Source: Dorea sp.
Lineage (GTDB): Bacteria > Bacillota > Clostridia > Lachnospirales > Lachnospiraceae
DNA length: 64,000 bases
Reading direction: 5' to 3'
Assembly (NCBI GenBank): GCA_022769185.1
Contig: JALEKG010000029.1
Location: 14,113-78,112 of the forward strand
Below the pieces are notes generated by a model. It saw nothing but the letters and a program-made list of their open reading frames with translations, was not told the origin of the DNA and did not search any database. The stretch's first letter is position 1; every line of letters begins with the position of its first letter. Shown here piece after piece: positions 35,891 through 46,888 of this stretch. Made by a program: the position numbers and the translations under genes.

Positions 35891-37666
35891 ATGGGAGATA
35901 AAGATAAAAGTGTTGATGAAATCGTTGAAGAAACTCTGAAAGAAATTTATCAGGATATTGAAAATCTTGAAGAAAATCAGGAATCAGAGATTGATGCAGG
36001 GAATTTTGACGATGAAAATGAATTAGACCATAAAGAAGAGTATTTGGATGATGAAGAATACTTAGATGATGAATATTTTGATATTGAGGGTTATATAGAT
36101 TCTGTCGCAGATTCGGATTGTGATCCTGAGAAAGTGGCGAAGGATGAAGATATATTAGAAGAATATGAAGAAATTGACGACGATGATGACGAAGACGAAT
36201 TTGAAGATGTTGACCTGGATGAAGAGAACAAAAAAGTGAGAAAAAGTCAGGGGAATCATAAAAGAAATCATATAAAAGGGAAGAAGATGGCTGCAATTGT
36301 CATTGGTTCTATCTTAGGAGTCTTTGCTGCAATCTATATTGGCTTCGCAGTATATTTTAACAATCATTTTATGTTTTCAACCGAAATTAACGGAGTTGAT
36401 TTTTCACTGAAAAGCGTGGATCAGGTCGAGTCATATATGAAAAAGCAGGTTGAAGATTATTCGTTAACACTGAAGGAGTCAGATGGAGATCAGGAAGACA
36501 TCAATGGTTCTGACATTTCTTTGAAATATGTACCTGGAGATCAGGTAAGCCAGCTGGCAAAGGAACAGAACAATGCTTTCTGGATTGAATCGCTTTGGAA
36601 AAAGAATCAGATTGAAGCGCAGATTGGTGTCGAATATGATGAATCTGCTTTGAAGCAGATTATTGATAATCTGGAATGTATGAAGGAAGAGAACCAGACT
36701 GCATCTGTAGATGCACATCCTGAATTTCAGACAGACAAATTTGTGGTTGTTCCAGAGGTAATTGGAACTCAGATTAATCGGGAAAAATTTGATCAGGCTG
36801 TTTCAGAGGCAATCAATGGATTCCAGACGGAACTTGATCTGACCGAAGCGGATTGTTATATTGCGCCTAAATATGTGTCGGATTCGAAGGAAGTTGTGGA
36901 TGCGGCAGAGGCAATGAATAGTTATCTGGGGGCCAGTATTACATATGATTTCAATCCGTATACAGAGGTGGTGGATTCTTCCGTTATTTCTCAGTGGGTG
37001 AAGGTAGATGCTGATATGAAGGTCACTTTTGATAAAGAGGCTGTAAAAGAATATATTCAATCCCTGGCTGAAAAGTATAATACGCAGGGGAGACAGAGAT
37101 CTTTTGTAACCGCAACGGGTAATACAGTAACAGTATCTGGTGGCGGATATGGATGGAGGATCGATCAGGAAGCAGAATATAATGCATTGATTGACAATAT
37201 CAAGAAAGGAGAAACAGTTACCAGAGAGCCGAATTATTCCAGTCGTGCGGCAAGCCATGAAGGGAATGATGTTGGAAGCACATACGCAGAAGTGGATCTT
37301 ACGAATCAGAGGATGTATTTTATTCAGAACGGGCAGATCGTTTTGCAGACGGATGTAGTAACTGGTAATCCAAATAAAGGTAACGCTACTCCACAAGGGG
37401 TATATTCTCTCTCATATAAAGCATTGGATCAGACATTACGAGGAGAAAAGAAACCGGATGGAACCTATGAGTATGAAACTCCGGTAAAATACTGGATGCC
37501 GTTTAATGGGGGAATTGGCTTTCATGACGCTCCATGGCAGGCATGGTTTGGTGGATCAAGATATCAGACGAATGGTTCACATGGTTGTGTGAATATGCCA
37601 TCTGATGCAGCTGCGCAGCTTTATAACCTGATCTCAGCAGGTACGCCGGTTGTAGTCCATTTTTAA
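35891..37666 (+). CDS. L,D-transpeptidase (YkuD domain) with an acidic cytoplasmic tail, TM anchor and peptidoglycan-binding-like middle region
   Basis: The C-terminal YkuD motif is ..FHDAPW...SHGCVNMP. One TM helix (AAIVIGSILGVFAAIYIGFAVYF). About 130 aa of highly acidic N-terminus. Confidence 0.85.
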   Translation: MGDKDKSVDEIVEETLKEIYQDIENLEENQESEIDAGNFDDENELDHKEEYLDDEEYLDDEYFDIEGYIDSVADSDCDPEKVAKDEDILEEYEEIDDDDDEDEFEDVDLDEENKKVRKSQGNHKRNHIKGKKMAAIVIGSILGVFAAIYIGFAVYFNNHFMFSTEINGVDFSLKSVDQVESYMKKQVEDYSLTLKESDGDQEDINGSDISLKYVPGDQVSQLAKEQNNAFWIESLWKKNQIEAQIGVEYDESALKQIIDNLECMKEENQTASVDAHPEFQTDKFVVVPEVIGTQINREKFDQAVSEAINGFQTELDLTEADCYIAPKYVSDSKEVVDAAEAMNSYLGASITYDFNPYTEVVDSSVISQWVKVDADMKVTFDKEAVKEYIQSLAEKYNTQGRQRSFVTATGNTVTVSGGGYGWRIDQEAEYNALIDNIKKGETVTREPNYSSRAASHEGNDVGSTYAEVDLTNQRMYFIQNGQIVLQTDVVTGNPNKGNATPQGVYSLSYKALDQTLRGEKKPDGTYEYETPVKYWMPFNGGIGFHDAPWQAWFGGSRYQTNGSHGCVNMPSDAAAQLYNLISAGTPVVVHF

Positions 37667-37717
37667 CAGCAATTCAGGCTGGATTTATATTATTTTAAGT
37701 AAGATGAGGATAAGATC

Positions 37718-38851
37718 ATGTATGAAATTATAAAGAAAGATGGTCTTGCAAAGAGAGGAAGATTGCATACGGTACATGGGGTCATTGAGACCCCTGTATT
37801 TATGAATGTGGGAACTGCCGCAGCGATTAAAGGGGCTGTTTCTACAACTGATTTGCAGGAAATCAAGACACAGGTAGAGTTATCGAATACCTATCACCTT
37901 CATGTCCGTCCTGGAGATGAAGTGGTGAAAAAACTTGGAGGACTCCATAAGTTTATGGTATGGGAGAAACCGATTCTGACTGATTCAGGTGGCTTTCAGG
38001 TGTTTTCTCTGGCAGGACTTCGCAAAATTAAAGAAGAAGGTGTATATTTTAATTCTCATATTGACGGAAGAAAAATATTTATGGGACCTGAGGAGAGTAT
38101 GCAGATTCAATCAAATCTTGCATCTACTATTGCAATGGCTTTTGATGAATGCCCATCCAGTGTGGCTGACAGAGATTATATTGAAAAATCCGTAGACAGG
38201 ACTACAAGATGGCTGGAAAGATGTAAAAAGGAGATGGAACGTCTGAATGCACTTTCAGATACAATCAATAAACATCAGCTGCTTTTTGGTATCAATCAAG
38301 GCGGCGTTTATGAAGATATTCGTATCCGCCATGCTGAAGAAATCTCAAAGCTTGATCTGGATGGTTATGCGATTGGTGGTTTAGCCGTTGGAGAGACGCA
38401 TGATGAGATGTATCGGATCCTTGACGCAGTAGTGCCACATCTTCCGGAAAACAAGCCGACATATTTGATGGGGGTCGGTACCCCGGTGAATATTTTGGAA
38501 GCAGTGGAGCGCGGAGTGGATTTCTTTGACTGCGTTTACCCAAGTCGTAATGGAAGACATGGACATGTTTATACGAATCATGGAAAATTAAATTTATTCA
38601 ATGCCAAGTATGAATTAGATGACAGACCGATTGAAGAAGGATGCCAGTGTCCGGTCTGCCGTACGTATTCCAGAGCTTATATCAGACATCTTCTCAAGGC
38701 AAAAGAAATGTTAGGAATGCGTCTATGTGTGCTCCATAATCTTTATTTTTATAATACTATGATGGAAGAAATTCGTGACGCAATTGAGCAAGGCTGTTAT
38801 AAAGAATATAAAGAGCAGAAAATTGCTGCTGTAACAGGAAAAAATCAATAA
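37718..38851 (+). CDS. tgt: queuine tRNA-ribosyltransferase
   Basis: Motifs TDSGGFQV and LAVGE, and a Zn site CQCPVC...H; 377 aa. Confidence 0.95.
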   Translation: MYEIIKKDGLAKRGRLHTVHGVIETPVFMNVGTAAAIKGAVSTTDLQEIKTQVELSNTYHLHVRPGDEVVKKLGGLHKFMVWEKPILTDSGGFQVFSLAGLRKIKEEGVYFNSHIDGRKIFMGPEESMQIQSNLASTIAMAFDECPSSVADRDYIEKSVDRTTRWLERCKKEMERLNALSDTINKHQLLFGINQGGVYEDIRIRHAEEISKLDLDGYAIGGLAVGETHDEMYRILDAVVPHLPENKPTYLMGVGTPVNILEAVERGVDFFDCVYPSRNGRHGHVYTNHGKLNLFNAKYELDDRPIEEGCQCPVCRTYSRAYIRHLLKAKEMLGMRLCVLHNLYFYNTMMEEIRDAIEQGCYKEYKEQKIAAVTGKNQ

Positions 38852-38957
38852 AATTTTTATGAATAATGCCATGAAATGGAAAAATAGCTTGATGAAATGA
38901 TTATTTTTGTGTATGATAGCAATAGTGTTTAAAGAATTGTAGGAGGAATTTAGTATT

Positions 38958-39263
38958 ATGTTTTCATTAGCAGCACAGAACTCAGCAGGAAGCTGGATCG
39001 TATTAATCGCAGTATATGCTTTGATTTTTGGAGGATTCTGGTTTATTTTTATCAGACCACAGAAAAAAGAGCAGAAAAGAATTCAGTCAATGATCGCCGA
39101 GATGGAAGTGGGAGATACTGTTTTAACAACCAGCGGTTTTTACGGAGTTATCATTGACATCAGTGATGAGGATGTAATTGTAGAATTTGGAAGCAACAGG
39201 AACTGTAGAATTCCAATGCAGAAATCTGCAATTGCTCAGGTCGAAAAGGCATCTGCTGAATAA
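38958..39263 (+). CDS. yajC: preprotein translocase subunit YajC
   Basis: 101 aa with one TM helix, then FIRPQKKEQKR..GDTVLTTSGFYGVI. The usual tgt-yajC linkage. Confidence 0.9.
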   Translation: MFSLAAQNSAGSWIVLIAVYALIFGGFWFIFIRPQKKEQKRIQSMIAEMEVGDTVLTTSGFYGVIIDISDEDVIVEFGSNRNCRIPMQKSAIAQVEKASAE

Positions 39264-39293
39264 AAGTTTTGTAACATTTGAATAATTTTTTGC

Positions 39294-39335
39294 AAAAAAG
39301 AAGGAGGAATTTCGTCATGGAGTTCCTTCTTTTTT
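39294..39335 (+). terminator. intrinsic terminator after yajC
   Basis: aaaaaagaagga ... tccttctttttt. Confidence 0.8.
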
Positions 39336-39395
39336 GTCTATATTGCATTAAATCAAATACAATGCATCAAATGAAAACTATTATCAAAATAAAGC

Positions 39396-39424
39396 TTGAT
39401 ATTTTTTTGACAAAATGGTATACT
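39396..39424 (+). promoter_or_regulatory. sigma-A promoter candidate (extended -10) for pflB-pflA
   Basis: TTGATA (39396-39401), 17-nt spacer ending in TGg, TATACT (39419-39424). Confidence 0.5.
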
Positions 39425-39470
39425 GACGGCGCAAAAGAAAATGATGAAAGACAGGAAGGAGAAAAAGGAG

Positions 39471-41723
39471 ATGACACAGTTTGAACAGTGGGCTGGTTTC
39501 AAAGGAAGAAACTGGACAAATTCCGTAGACGTAAGAAGTTTTATTCAGGACAATTATACACCGTATGAAGGTGATGAGTCTTTCCTGGAAGGACCGACAG
39601 CTGCAACAAACAGATTATGGGATGAACTGCAGAAACTGCAAAAAGAAGAACGTGCAAAAGGCGGCGTTCTTGACATGGAGACAGAGATTGTGTCCGGTCT
39701 TACTGCTTATGGACCTGGATATATCAGTGAGGAATTGAAAGATCTGGAAAAAGTGGTTGGTCTTCAGACAGATAAACCTCTTAAAAGAGCATTCATGCCA
39801 TATGGAGGAATTAAAATGGCAGAGCAGGCTTGTACCACTTATGGATATCAGCCGAGCGAAAAGCTTCATGAAATCTTTACAAAATACCACAAGACACATA
39901 ATCAGGGTGTGTTTGACGTATATACTCCGGAAATGAAAAAGGCAAGACATAATAAGATTATTACAGGACTTCCGGACACTTATGGAAGAGGACGTATTGT
40001 TGGTGATTATCGTCGTGTTGCCTTATATGGTATCGATTTTCTGATTGAGAAAAAGCAGTATGATTTTGAGCGTTATGCAAGACATGGAATGAAGGGAACG
40101 GATTTCCGCCTTCGTGAAGAGGTTGCTGATCAGATTCATGCATTAAAAGATATGAAAGAAATGGCAGCTGTATATGGATATGATATTTCCAAACCGGCAA
40201 AAGATGCACGTGAGGCTGTACAGTGGCTGTATTTCGGATACCTTGCTGCAATTAAGACACAAAATGGTGCGGCTATGAGTGTCGGACGTATTTCTACCTT
40301 CCTTGATATTTATATTGAAAGAGATTTAAAAGCAGGTAAGATCACAGAATCAGAAGCGCAGGAACTGATCGATCATATGGTTATGAAATTCCGTATGGTG
40401 AAGTTTGCAAGAATTCCTTCTTATAATGAGCTGTTCTCAGGAGATCCGGTATGGGCGACTCTGGAAATGGGCGGACTTGGACAGGATGGACGTTCTATGG
40501 TTACAAAGAATGATTATCGTTTTCTGCATACACTGGAAAACATGGGACCAGCACCGGAACCAAACCTTACCGTTCTGTATTCTTCCAGATTACCGGAAAA
40601 CTTTAAGAAATATGCAGCACTTATTTCTGTAAAAACAAGTTCTGTGCAGTATGAAAATGATGATGTTATGCGACCGGTATGGGGAGATGACTATTCCATC
40701 TGCTGCTGTGTATCTGCAACACAGACTGGAAAGGAAATGCAGTTCTTTGGCGCACGTGCCAACCTTGCAAAATGTCTGTTATATGCAATTAATGGCGGTG
40801 TGGATGAGAAGACAAAACAGCAGGTGGGTCCGGCGTACAGACCGATTACATCAGAATATCTGGATTACGATGAAGTTATGGAACGTTATGACGATATGAT
40901 GGAATGGCTGAGTAAGTTGTATGTAGATACATTGAATATGATCCATTATATGCATGATAAGTATAACTATGAAGCTGCAGAAATGGCATTGATCGATACA
41001 AATGTAAGACGTACATTTGCAACTGGTATTGCTGGATTCTCACATGTAATCGATTCCCTGTGTGCAATTAAGTATGCAAAAGTAAAACCGATCCGTGATG
41101 AGGATGGTATTGCAGTTGACTTTGAGATTGAAGGTGATTTCCCAAGATATGGTAATGACGATGACCGTGCAGATGATATGGCAATCTGGCTTTTGAAGAC
41201 ATTTATGCACAAATTGAATAAATGTCATACATATAGAAATTCTGAGCCTACTACATCTATTCTTACAATTACATCTAATGTTGTATATGGAAAGGCCACA
41301 GGATCACTCCCGGATGGTAGAAAAGCAGGAGAACCGTTGTCACCAGGTGCAAATCCATCTTACGGTGCAGAAAAGAATGGACTTCTTGCTTCTTTGAATT
41401 CAGTCGCAAAACTTCCATATGAATTGGCATTGGATGGAATTTCCAATACGCAGACTATCAGCCCGGGTGCTCTCGGACACAGTGATGAAGAGCGAAGAGA
41501 TAATCTGGTGCATGTAATGGATGGATATTTCGATCAGGGTGCGCACCACCTGAATGTCAATGTATTTGGTACAGAAAAACTGATCGATGCTATGGAGCAT
41601 CCAGAGAAACCAGAATACGCAAACTTTACAATCCGTGTATCCGGATATGCAGTAAAATTTATTGATCTGACACGTGAGCAACAGTTAGATGTAATTGCAA
41701 GAACCTGTCACGATCAAATGTAG
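39471..41723 (+). CDS. pflB: formate C-acetyltransferase (pyruvate formate-lyase)
   Basis: Active-site CC (SICCCVSA) and glycyl-radical motif [11 protein letters not shown]. The ATG at 39471 follows AAAAGGAG. Confidence 0.95.
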   Translation: MTQFEQWAGFKGRNWTNSVDVRSFIQDNYTPYEGDESFLEGPTAATNRLWDELQKLQKEERAKGGVLDMETEIVSGLTAYGPGYISEELKDLEKVVGLQTDKPLKRAFMPYGGIKMAEQACTTYGYQPSEKLHEIFTKYHKTHNQGVFDVYTPEMKKARHNKIITGLPDTYGRGRIVGDYRRVALYGIDFLIEKKQYDFERYARHGMKGTDFRLREEVADQIHALKDMKEMAAVYGYDISKPAKDAREAVQWLYFGYLAAIKTQNGAAMSVGRISTFLDIYIERDLKAGKITESEAQELIDHMVMKFRMVKFARIPSYNELFSGDPVWATLEMGGLGQDGRSMVTKNDYRFLHTLENMGPAPEPNLTVLYSSRLPENFKKYAALISVKTSSVQYENDDVMRPVWGDDYSICCCVSATQTGKEMQFFGARANLAKCLLYAINGGVDEKTKQQVGPAYRPITSEYLDYDEVMERYDDMMEWLSKLYVDTLNMIHYMHDKYNYEAAEMALIDTNVRRTFATGIAGFSHVIDSLCAIKYAKVKPIRDEDGIAVDFEIEGDFPRYGNDDDRADDMAIWLLKTFMHKLNKCHTYRNSEPTTSILTITSNVVYGKATGSLPDGRKAGEPLSPGANPSYGAEKNGLLASLNSVAKLPYELALDGISNTQTISPGALGHSDEERRDNLVHVMDGYFDQGAHHLNVNVFGTEKLIDAMEHPEKPEYANFTIRVSGYAVKFIDLTREQQLDVIARTCHDQM

Positions 41724-41741
41724 AAATAAAGGAGCAGAACC

Positions 41742-42479
41742 ATGACAAAGGGATATATACATTCTTTAGAAAGTTTTGGCTCTGTTGACGGTCCGGGGGT
41801 CCGATATGTGATCTTTACCTCTGGCTGTGCAATGCGCTGTCAGTTCTGTCACAATCCGGATACCTGGAATATGCAGTCGGGGACTCCTTATACTGCGGAT
41901 GAACTGATTGAAAAAGCTTTGAAATACCGCACTTACTGGGGGAGTAAGGGCGGTATTACCGTCAGTGGAGGAGAACCCCTTTTACAGATTGATTTTCTGA
42001 CAGAACTTTTTCAAAAAGCGAAAGAACAAGGGATACATACTACTCTTGATACAAGTGGAAACCCTTTTACCAGAGGAGAACCGTTCTTTGATAAATTCTG
42101 TAGATTGATGGAAGTAACAGATCTTGTGATGCTGGATATAAAGCAGATTGATGAGGAACAGCATAAGATTTTGACAGGTTATACGAATCAGAATATCCTG
42201 GATATGGCACGCTTCCTGTCGGATATTAAAAAGCCGGTATGGATCCGACATGTACTTGTTCCGGAACGCAGTGACCGGGATGATTATCTTGAGAGACTTC
42301 AAGAATTTATCCTGACTTTAAAAAATGTAGAGCGGGTAGAAGTATTGCCGTATCATACACTTGGTGTATTTAAATGGAAGGAACTTGGATTCGAATACCA
42401 GTTGGAAGGGATTAATCCTCCGACTAAAGATCGGGTGGAAAATGCGAATCGGATTTTAAAAACAAATACTTATATATAA
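41742..42479 (+). CDS. pflA: pyruvate formate-lyase activating enzyme (radical SAM)
   Basis: CxxxCxxC motif (GCAMRCQFCHNPD), GGITVSGGEP, 245 aa. Confidence 0.93.
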   Translation: MTKGYIHSLESFGSVDGPGVRYVIFTSGCAMRCQFCHNPDTWNMQSGTPYTADELIEKALKYRTYWGSKGGITVSGGEPLLQIDFLTELFQKAKEQGIHTTLDTSGNPFTRGEPFFDKFCRLMEVTDLVMLDIKQIDEEQHKILTGYTNQNILDMARFLSDIKKPVWIRHVLVPERSDRDDYLERLQEFILTLKNVERVEVLPYHTLGVFKWKELGFEYQLEGINPPTKDRVENANRILKTNTYI

Positions 42480-42487
42480 AAGTTTGC

Positions 42488-42528
42488 AGGGATTGTTGTA
42501 AAACAATATGTTTTCGGCAATCCCTTTT
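42488..42528 (+). terminator. intrinsic terminator after pflA
   Basis: agggattg / caatccct (8 bp) followed by tttt. Confidence 0.75.
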
Positions 42529-42643
42529 GAATGCTGTTAATTAATTTTCATCTGAATAGGTTTCGACAGCCTTTGATCAAGGAATGGAATGAAAAACAAC
42601 AGCATAAAGTTATTATGATAAAACATTGGTATGTAAGAGTAAT

Positions 42644-43693
42644 ATGAGAAATAGAACAATAATGATATTTTTATGTTCGGTGCTGATTATGGGTGGCATT
42701 TTATACTGGAATATTCAGGAGAAACAGAATCTGCAGACATCCGGAAAGATAGAAGAACAATCAGATTATATTAAGTGGGTAGAATTTAATGTAACTTGTG
42801 AGGCAATGAAAAAGGCTTGTCAGTATGATGTTGATACATATGGAGAAACAGTACATTTAAATTGGATTGAACTGCTGGCTTATCTTGGTGCAAAATACGG
42901 AGGAGATTTTTCAATATATCAGGAAACGGACATGGAAGAGATCGCTGATAAGATGTTGAGAGAGAATGTCACTTTTGAAGAAATGACTGAAAATATGGAG
43001 TATTATTCTTATTATCAGGAAGCTTACCATGCGGTGCTGGTTGGTATGCTGGGGGAATATCAGATTCAAACACTGGATGAGAATACTGGAAAAAAAGAAT
43101 GGAAAAAAGTGTATGGATTAAAAGCATTTCATCCGATTGCAAAAGGATTTCCGTATTCGGATTATGATGATTTCGGTGTGTCAAGGACATATGGATATCA
43201 AAGAAATCATCTGGGCCATGATATGATGGGTCAGGTTGGAACTCCGGTGATTGCAGTGGAGTCCGGCTATGTCTATGAGTTGGGGTGGAACCAGTATGGA
43301 GGATGGAGGATAGGAATCAATAGTTTTGACGGGAAAAGATATTATTATTATGCGCATCTGAGACAGAATCGTCCATATGCGGAAGGGTTGGAAAAAGGAG
43401 ATATCGTTCAGGCCGGTGATGTGATTGGATACATGGGAAGGACTGGATATAGCAGTGAAGAAAATGTAAATAACATAGATGAATATCATCTGCATTTCGG
43501 ACTCCAGCTTATCTTTGATGAATCTCAGAGAGAAGGTAATAATGAAATATGGGTCAGTGGATATGAACTCGTCAGGTTTCTCTATCAGAACCAGTCTGAA
43601 GTACAGAGAAATGATAAGACCAAAGAATGGAGCAGAATTTATTCTATCAGAGATCCGGCAGTACAGGAATATATGAAAGAGCAGAATAACTGA
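42644..43693 (+). CDS. M23 family metallopeptidase (membrane-anchored)
   Basis: HxxxD (HLGHDM) and HLH (EYHLHFG) motifs, with an N-terminal TM/signal anchor. The start is uncertain (TTG at 42626 or ATG at 42644; no strong SD). Confidence 0.8.
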   Translation: MRNRTIMIFLCSVLIMGGILYWNIQEKQNLQTSGKIEEQSDYIKWVEFNVTCEAMKKACQYDVDTYGETVHLNWIELLAYLGAKYGGDFSIYQETDMEEIADKMLRENVTFEEMTENMEYYSYYQEAYHAVLVGMLGEYQIQTLDENTGKKEWKKVYGLKAFHPIAKGFPYSDYDDFGVSRTYGYQRNHLGHDMMGQVGTPVIAVESGYVYELGWNQYGGWRIGINSFDGKRYYYYAHLRQNRPYAEGLEKGDIVQAGDVIGYMGRTGYSSEENVNNIDEYHLHFGLQLIFDESQREGNNEIWVSGYELVRFLYQNQSEVQRNDKTKEWSRIYSIRDPAVQEYMKEQNN

Positions 43694-43705
43694 ACAGAGT
43701 AATAG

Positions 43706-43735
43706 AGGGATACGGTCTGAACAGACCCTATCCCT
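43706..43735. terminator. compound hairpin between the convergent M23 gene and a small ORF
   Basis: agggata/tatccct enclosing ggtctg/cagacc. Includes the stop codon of the minus-strand ORF. Confidence 0.55.
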
Positions 43736-43910
43736 GGAACATATTTTCTACATAGTTTTGCATTTCCTCACGGCTTTTCATTTGCCTGGATCCATCAACA
43801 ATCCTTTGCTGTTCATCCTCAGGAAGAGAAGCAAAACGTTTTAGGATATCTGTATGTTGTGCTAAAGACATTGTAAATCCGATGGGAAATTCATCGTTAT
43901 GAAAAATCAT
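43728..43910 (-). CDS. small hypothetical protein (60 aa)
   Basis: GAGGTGA RBS 8 nt upstream of the ATG. The composition is non-repetitive and helical-looking (..LAQHTDILKRFASLPEDEQQRIVDGSRQMKSREEMQNYVENMF). I cannot name a family. Confidence 0.5.
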   Translation of the reverse strand: MIFHNDEFPIGFTMSLAQHTDILKRFASLPEDEQQRIVDGSRQMKSREEMQNYVENMFQG

Positions 43911-44005
43911 AAAATCATCACCTCAATATTAGTATGCTCATTTAAAAAAAATATATAAGCAGGGCATGGATATGTTCGAATATGGCAATTTACTCAATTA
44001 AAGTC

Positions 44006-44034
44006 TTGAAACATACATTAAAATAGGATATTAT
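44006..44034 (+). promoter_or_regulatory. sigma-A promoter candidate for the leuB-ilvD-ilvB-serC-serA cluster
   Basis: TTGAAA (44006-44011), 17-nt spacer, TATTAT (44029-44034). Confidence 0.45.
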
Positions 44035-44073
44035 AAGAGCTATAGATTTTTTATCTTAGGAAGGATGAGAACC

Positions 44074-45159
44074 ATGAATCTTAAAATTGGTGTGATCAAA
44101 GGGGACGGAATTGGCCCGGAGATTGTTACGGAAGCAATGAAAGTCCTGGATAAAGTTGCAGAGGTATATGGACATACATGTGAGTACACACAGCTTTTGC
44201 TGGGAGGTGCTTCCATTGATGTACATGGAGTTCCATTAACAGATGGAACAATTGAAGACGCAAAGGCCTGTGACGCAATATTGATGGGGTCCATCGGCGG
44301 AGACGCAAAGACTTCTCCGTGGTACCAGTTAGAACCATCAAAAAGACCGGAAGCCGGATTGCTAAAGATTAGAAAAGAATTGAATTTATTTGCTAATTTG
44401 AGACCGGCGATACTTTATGATGAGTTAAAAGGAGCATGTCCGCTGAAGGAGGAGATAACAGAAGGTGGATTTGACCTGATGATTATGAGAGAACTGACCG
44501 GCGGCCTTTATTTTGGCGAGAGAAAGACAGTGGAAGAAAATGGAGTAATGACTGCATATGATTCCCTTACATATAATGAAAATGAGATTCGCAGAATTGC
44601 AAAACGAGGATTCGATATTGCTATGAAACGCCGCAAAAAAGTGACGAGTGTTGATAAGGCGAATGTTCTGGATTCTTCCAGACTTTGGAGAAAAGTTGTG
44701 GAAGAGGTTGCAAAAGATTATCCGGAGGTTACTCTGGAGCATATGTTGGTAGATAACTGTGCAATGCAGCTGGTGAAGGATCCGAAGCAGTTTGATGTAG
44801 TCCTTACAGAAAATATGTTTGGAGATATTTTGTCTGACGAAGCAAGTATGGTGACAGGTTCAATCGGAATGTTGGCAAGTGCCAGCCTGAATGAGACGAA
44901 ATTTGGACTTTATGAGCCAAGCGGTGGCTCTGCACCGGATATTGCAGGAAAAGGAATTGCGAATCCGATTGCAACTATCCTGTCAGCCGCAATGATGCTT
45001 CGTTTCAGTTTTGATCTGGATCAGGAAGCAGACGCAATGGAGACAGCAGTTGCTAAGGTTCTGAAAGAAGGTTATAGAACCATTGATATTATGTCAGAAG
45101 GAAAAACACAGATTGGAACTGCGCAGATGGGAGATCTGATCGCAGCGTATATTCAATAA
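44074..45159 (+). CDS. leuB: 3-isopropylmalate dehydrogenase
   Basis: N-terminus [17 protein letters not shown] and [12 protein letters not shown] motif. The ATG at 44074 is preferred because the SD overlaps the ATG at 44065. Confidence 0.93.
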   Translation: MNLKIGVIKGDGIGPEIVTEAMKVLDKVAEVYGHTCEYTQLLLGGASIDVHGVPLTDGTIEDAKACDAILMGSIGGDAKTSPWYQLEPSKRPEAGLLKIRKELNLFANLRPAILYDELKGACPLKEEITEGGFDLMIMRELTGGLYFGERKTVEENGVMTAYDSLTYNENEIRRIAKRGFDIAMKRRKKVTSVDKANVLDSSRLWRKVVEEVAKDYPEVTLEHMLVDNCAMQLVKDPKQFDVVLTENMFGDILSDEASMVTGSIGMLASASLNETKFGLYEPSGGSAPDIAGKGIANPIATILSAAMMLRFSFDLDQEADAMETAVAKVLKEGYRTIDIMSEGKTQIGTAQMGDLIAAYIQ

Positions 45160-45187
45160 AGAAGAGTTTTGAAAGGATCAAAGAGAT

Positions 45188-46861
45188 ATGAGAAGTGATA
45201 CAGTTACAAAAGGAAAACAACAGGCTCCGCACCGTTCATTATTTAATGCACTGGGCCTGACAGAAGAAGAGATGAGCAGACCGTTGGTTGGTATTGTTAG
45301 TTCTTATAATGAGATCGTTCCGGGACATATGAATCTGGATAAGATTACCAATGCAGTAAAACAGGGAGTTGCCATGGCAGGAGGTACACCGATAATGTTT
45401 CCTGCTATTGCAGTGTGTGATGGAATAGCCATGGGACACATTGGAATGAAGTATTCTTTGGTTACCAGAGATCTGATCGCAGATTCCACAGAAGCAATGG
45501 CAATGGCTCACCAGTTTGATGCTTTGGTTATGATCCCGAATTGTGATAAGAATGTTCCAGGACTTCTGATGGCAGCGGCTAGAATTAATGTTCCGACCAT
45601 TTTTGTCAGTGGCGGACCGATGCTTGCAGGCCATGTGATGGGGCAAAAGAGGAGTCTTTCCAGCATGTTTGAAGCAGTAGGTGCGAATGCAGCAGGTACA
45701 TTGTCAGATGAAGGACTGTGTGAATTTGAAAATAATGTCTGCCCAACCTGTGGTTCCTGTTCCGGTATGTATACGGCAAACAGCATGAACTGTCTGACAG
45801 AAGCACTTGGTATGGGACTTCGTGGAAATGGAACCATTCCTGCAGTATATTCTGAAAGAATCCGTCTTGCCAAAAAAGCTGGTATGCAAGTGATGGAATT
45901 ATTAAAGAAGGATATTCGTCCGAGAGACATTATGACAGAAGATGCGATCTTAAATGCCCTTACAGTAGATATGGCGCTTGGATGTTCTACCAACAGTATG
46001 CTACATCTTCCGGCAATTGCTCATGAAATTGGAATGGATTTTGAGATTGATTTTGCAAATGGAATTAGTGAGAAGACTCCGAACCTGTGTCATCTTGCGC
46101 CAGCAGGTCCGACTTATATGGAAGATCTGAATGAAGCCGGCGGTGTATATGCAGTTATGAATGAACTGAATAAAAAAGGTCTTCTCCATACAGATTGTAT
46201 GACTGTTACTGGTAAGACAGTTGGTGAAAATATAAAAGATGCAGTAAATAAAAATCCTGAAGTAATTCGTACGATTGATAATCCATATAGCCAGACGGGC
46301 GGACTTGCAGTGTTAAAAGGAAATCTTGCACCAGACGGCAGTGTAGTAAAACGTTCTGCAGTTGTTGAGGAAATGTTGGTTCATGAAGGACCAGCCAGAG
46401 TATTTGAATGTGAAGAAGATGCGATTGCAGCAATCAAAGGAGGAAAGATTGTAGAAGGTGACGTTGTAGTCATCCGCTATGAAGGACCAAAAGGTGGTCC
46501 AGGTATGCGGGAGATGCTGAATCCAACTTCTGCAATTGCAGGTATGGGGCTTGGTTCCAGTGTGGCCCTGATCACAGATGGACGTTTCAGTGGTGCTTCC
46601 CGAGGAGCATCAATTGGTCATGTATCCCCGGAAGCAGCGGTAGGTGGACCAATTGCATTGGTAGAAGAAGGTGATATCATTAAGATTGATATCCCGAACC
46701 TGAAGCTGGAACTTGATGTATCCGATGAGGAACTGGCAAAGAGAAAAGCAGCATGGCAGCCAAGAGAACCAAAGGTTACATCTGGCTATCTTGCAAGATA
46801 TGCATCCATGGTAACTTCCGGAAACAGGGGAGCAATCTTGGAAATACCTAAGGCAAAATAA
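45188..46861 (+). CDS. ilvD: dihydroxy-acid dehydratase
   Basis: [23 protein letters not shown] and [10 protein letters not shown] motifs; 557 aa. Confidence 0.95.
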   Translation: MRSDTVTKGKQQAPHRSLFNALGLTEEEMSRPLVGIVSSYNEIVPGHMNLDKITNAVKQGVAMAGGTPIMFPAIAVCDGIAMGHIGMKYSLVTRDLIADSTEAMAMAHQFDALVMIPNCDKNVPGLLMAAARINVPTIFVSGGPMLAGHVMGQKRSLSSMFEAVGANAAGTLSDEGLCEFENNVCPTCGSCSGMYTANSMNCLTEALGMGLRGNGTIPAVYSERIRLAKKAGMQVMELLKKDIRPRDIMTEDAILNALTVDMALGCSTNSMLHLPAIAHEIGMDFEIDFANGISEKTPNLCHLAPAGPTYMEDLNEAGGVYAVMNELNKKGLLHTDCMTVTGKTVGENIKDAVNKNPEVIRTIDNPYSQTGGLAVLKGNLAPDGSVVKRSAVVEEMLVHEGPARVFECEEDAIAAIKGGKIVEGDVVVIRYEGPKGGPGMREMLNPTSAIAGMGLGSSVALITDGRFSGASRGASIGHVSPEAAVGGPIALVEEGDIIKIDIPNLKLELDVSDEELAKRKAAWQPREPKVTSGYLARYASMVTSGNRGAILEIPKAK

Positions 46862-46888
46862 AAGCAATAAAGAACAGGGGAAAAAGCT

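Noticed and set aside
39278-39484. 68-aa ORF between yajC and pflB.
   Set aside because: It runs through the yajC terminator and the pflB promoter and has an implausible composition.
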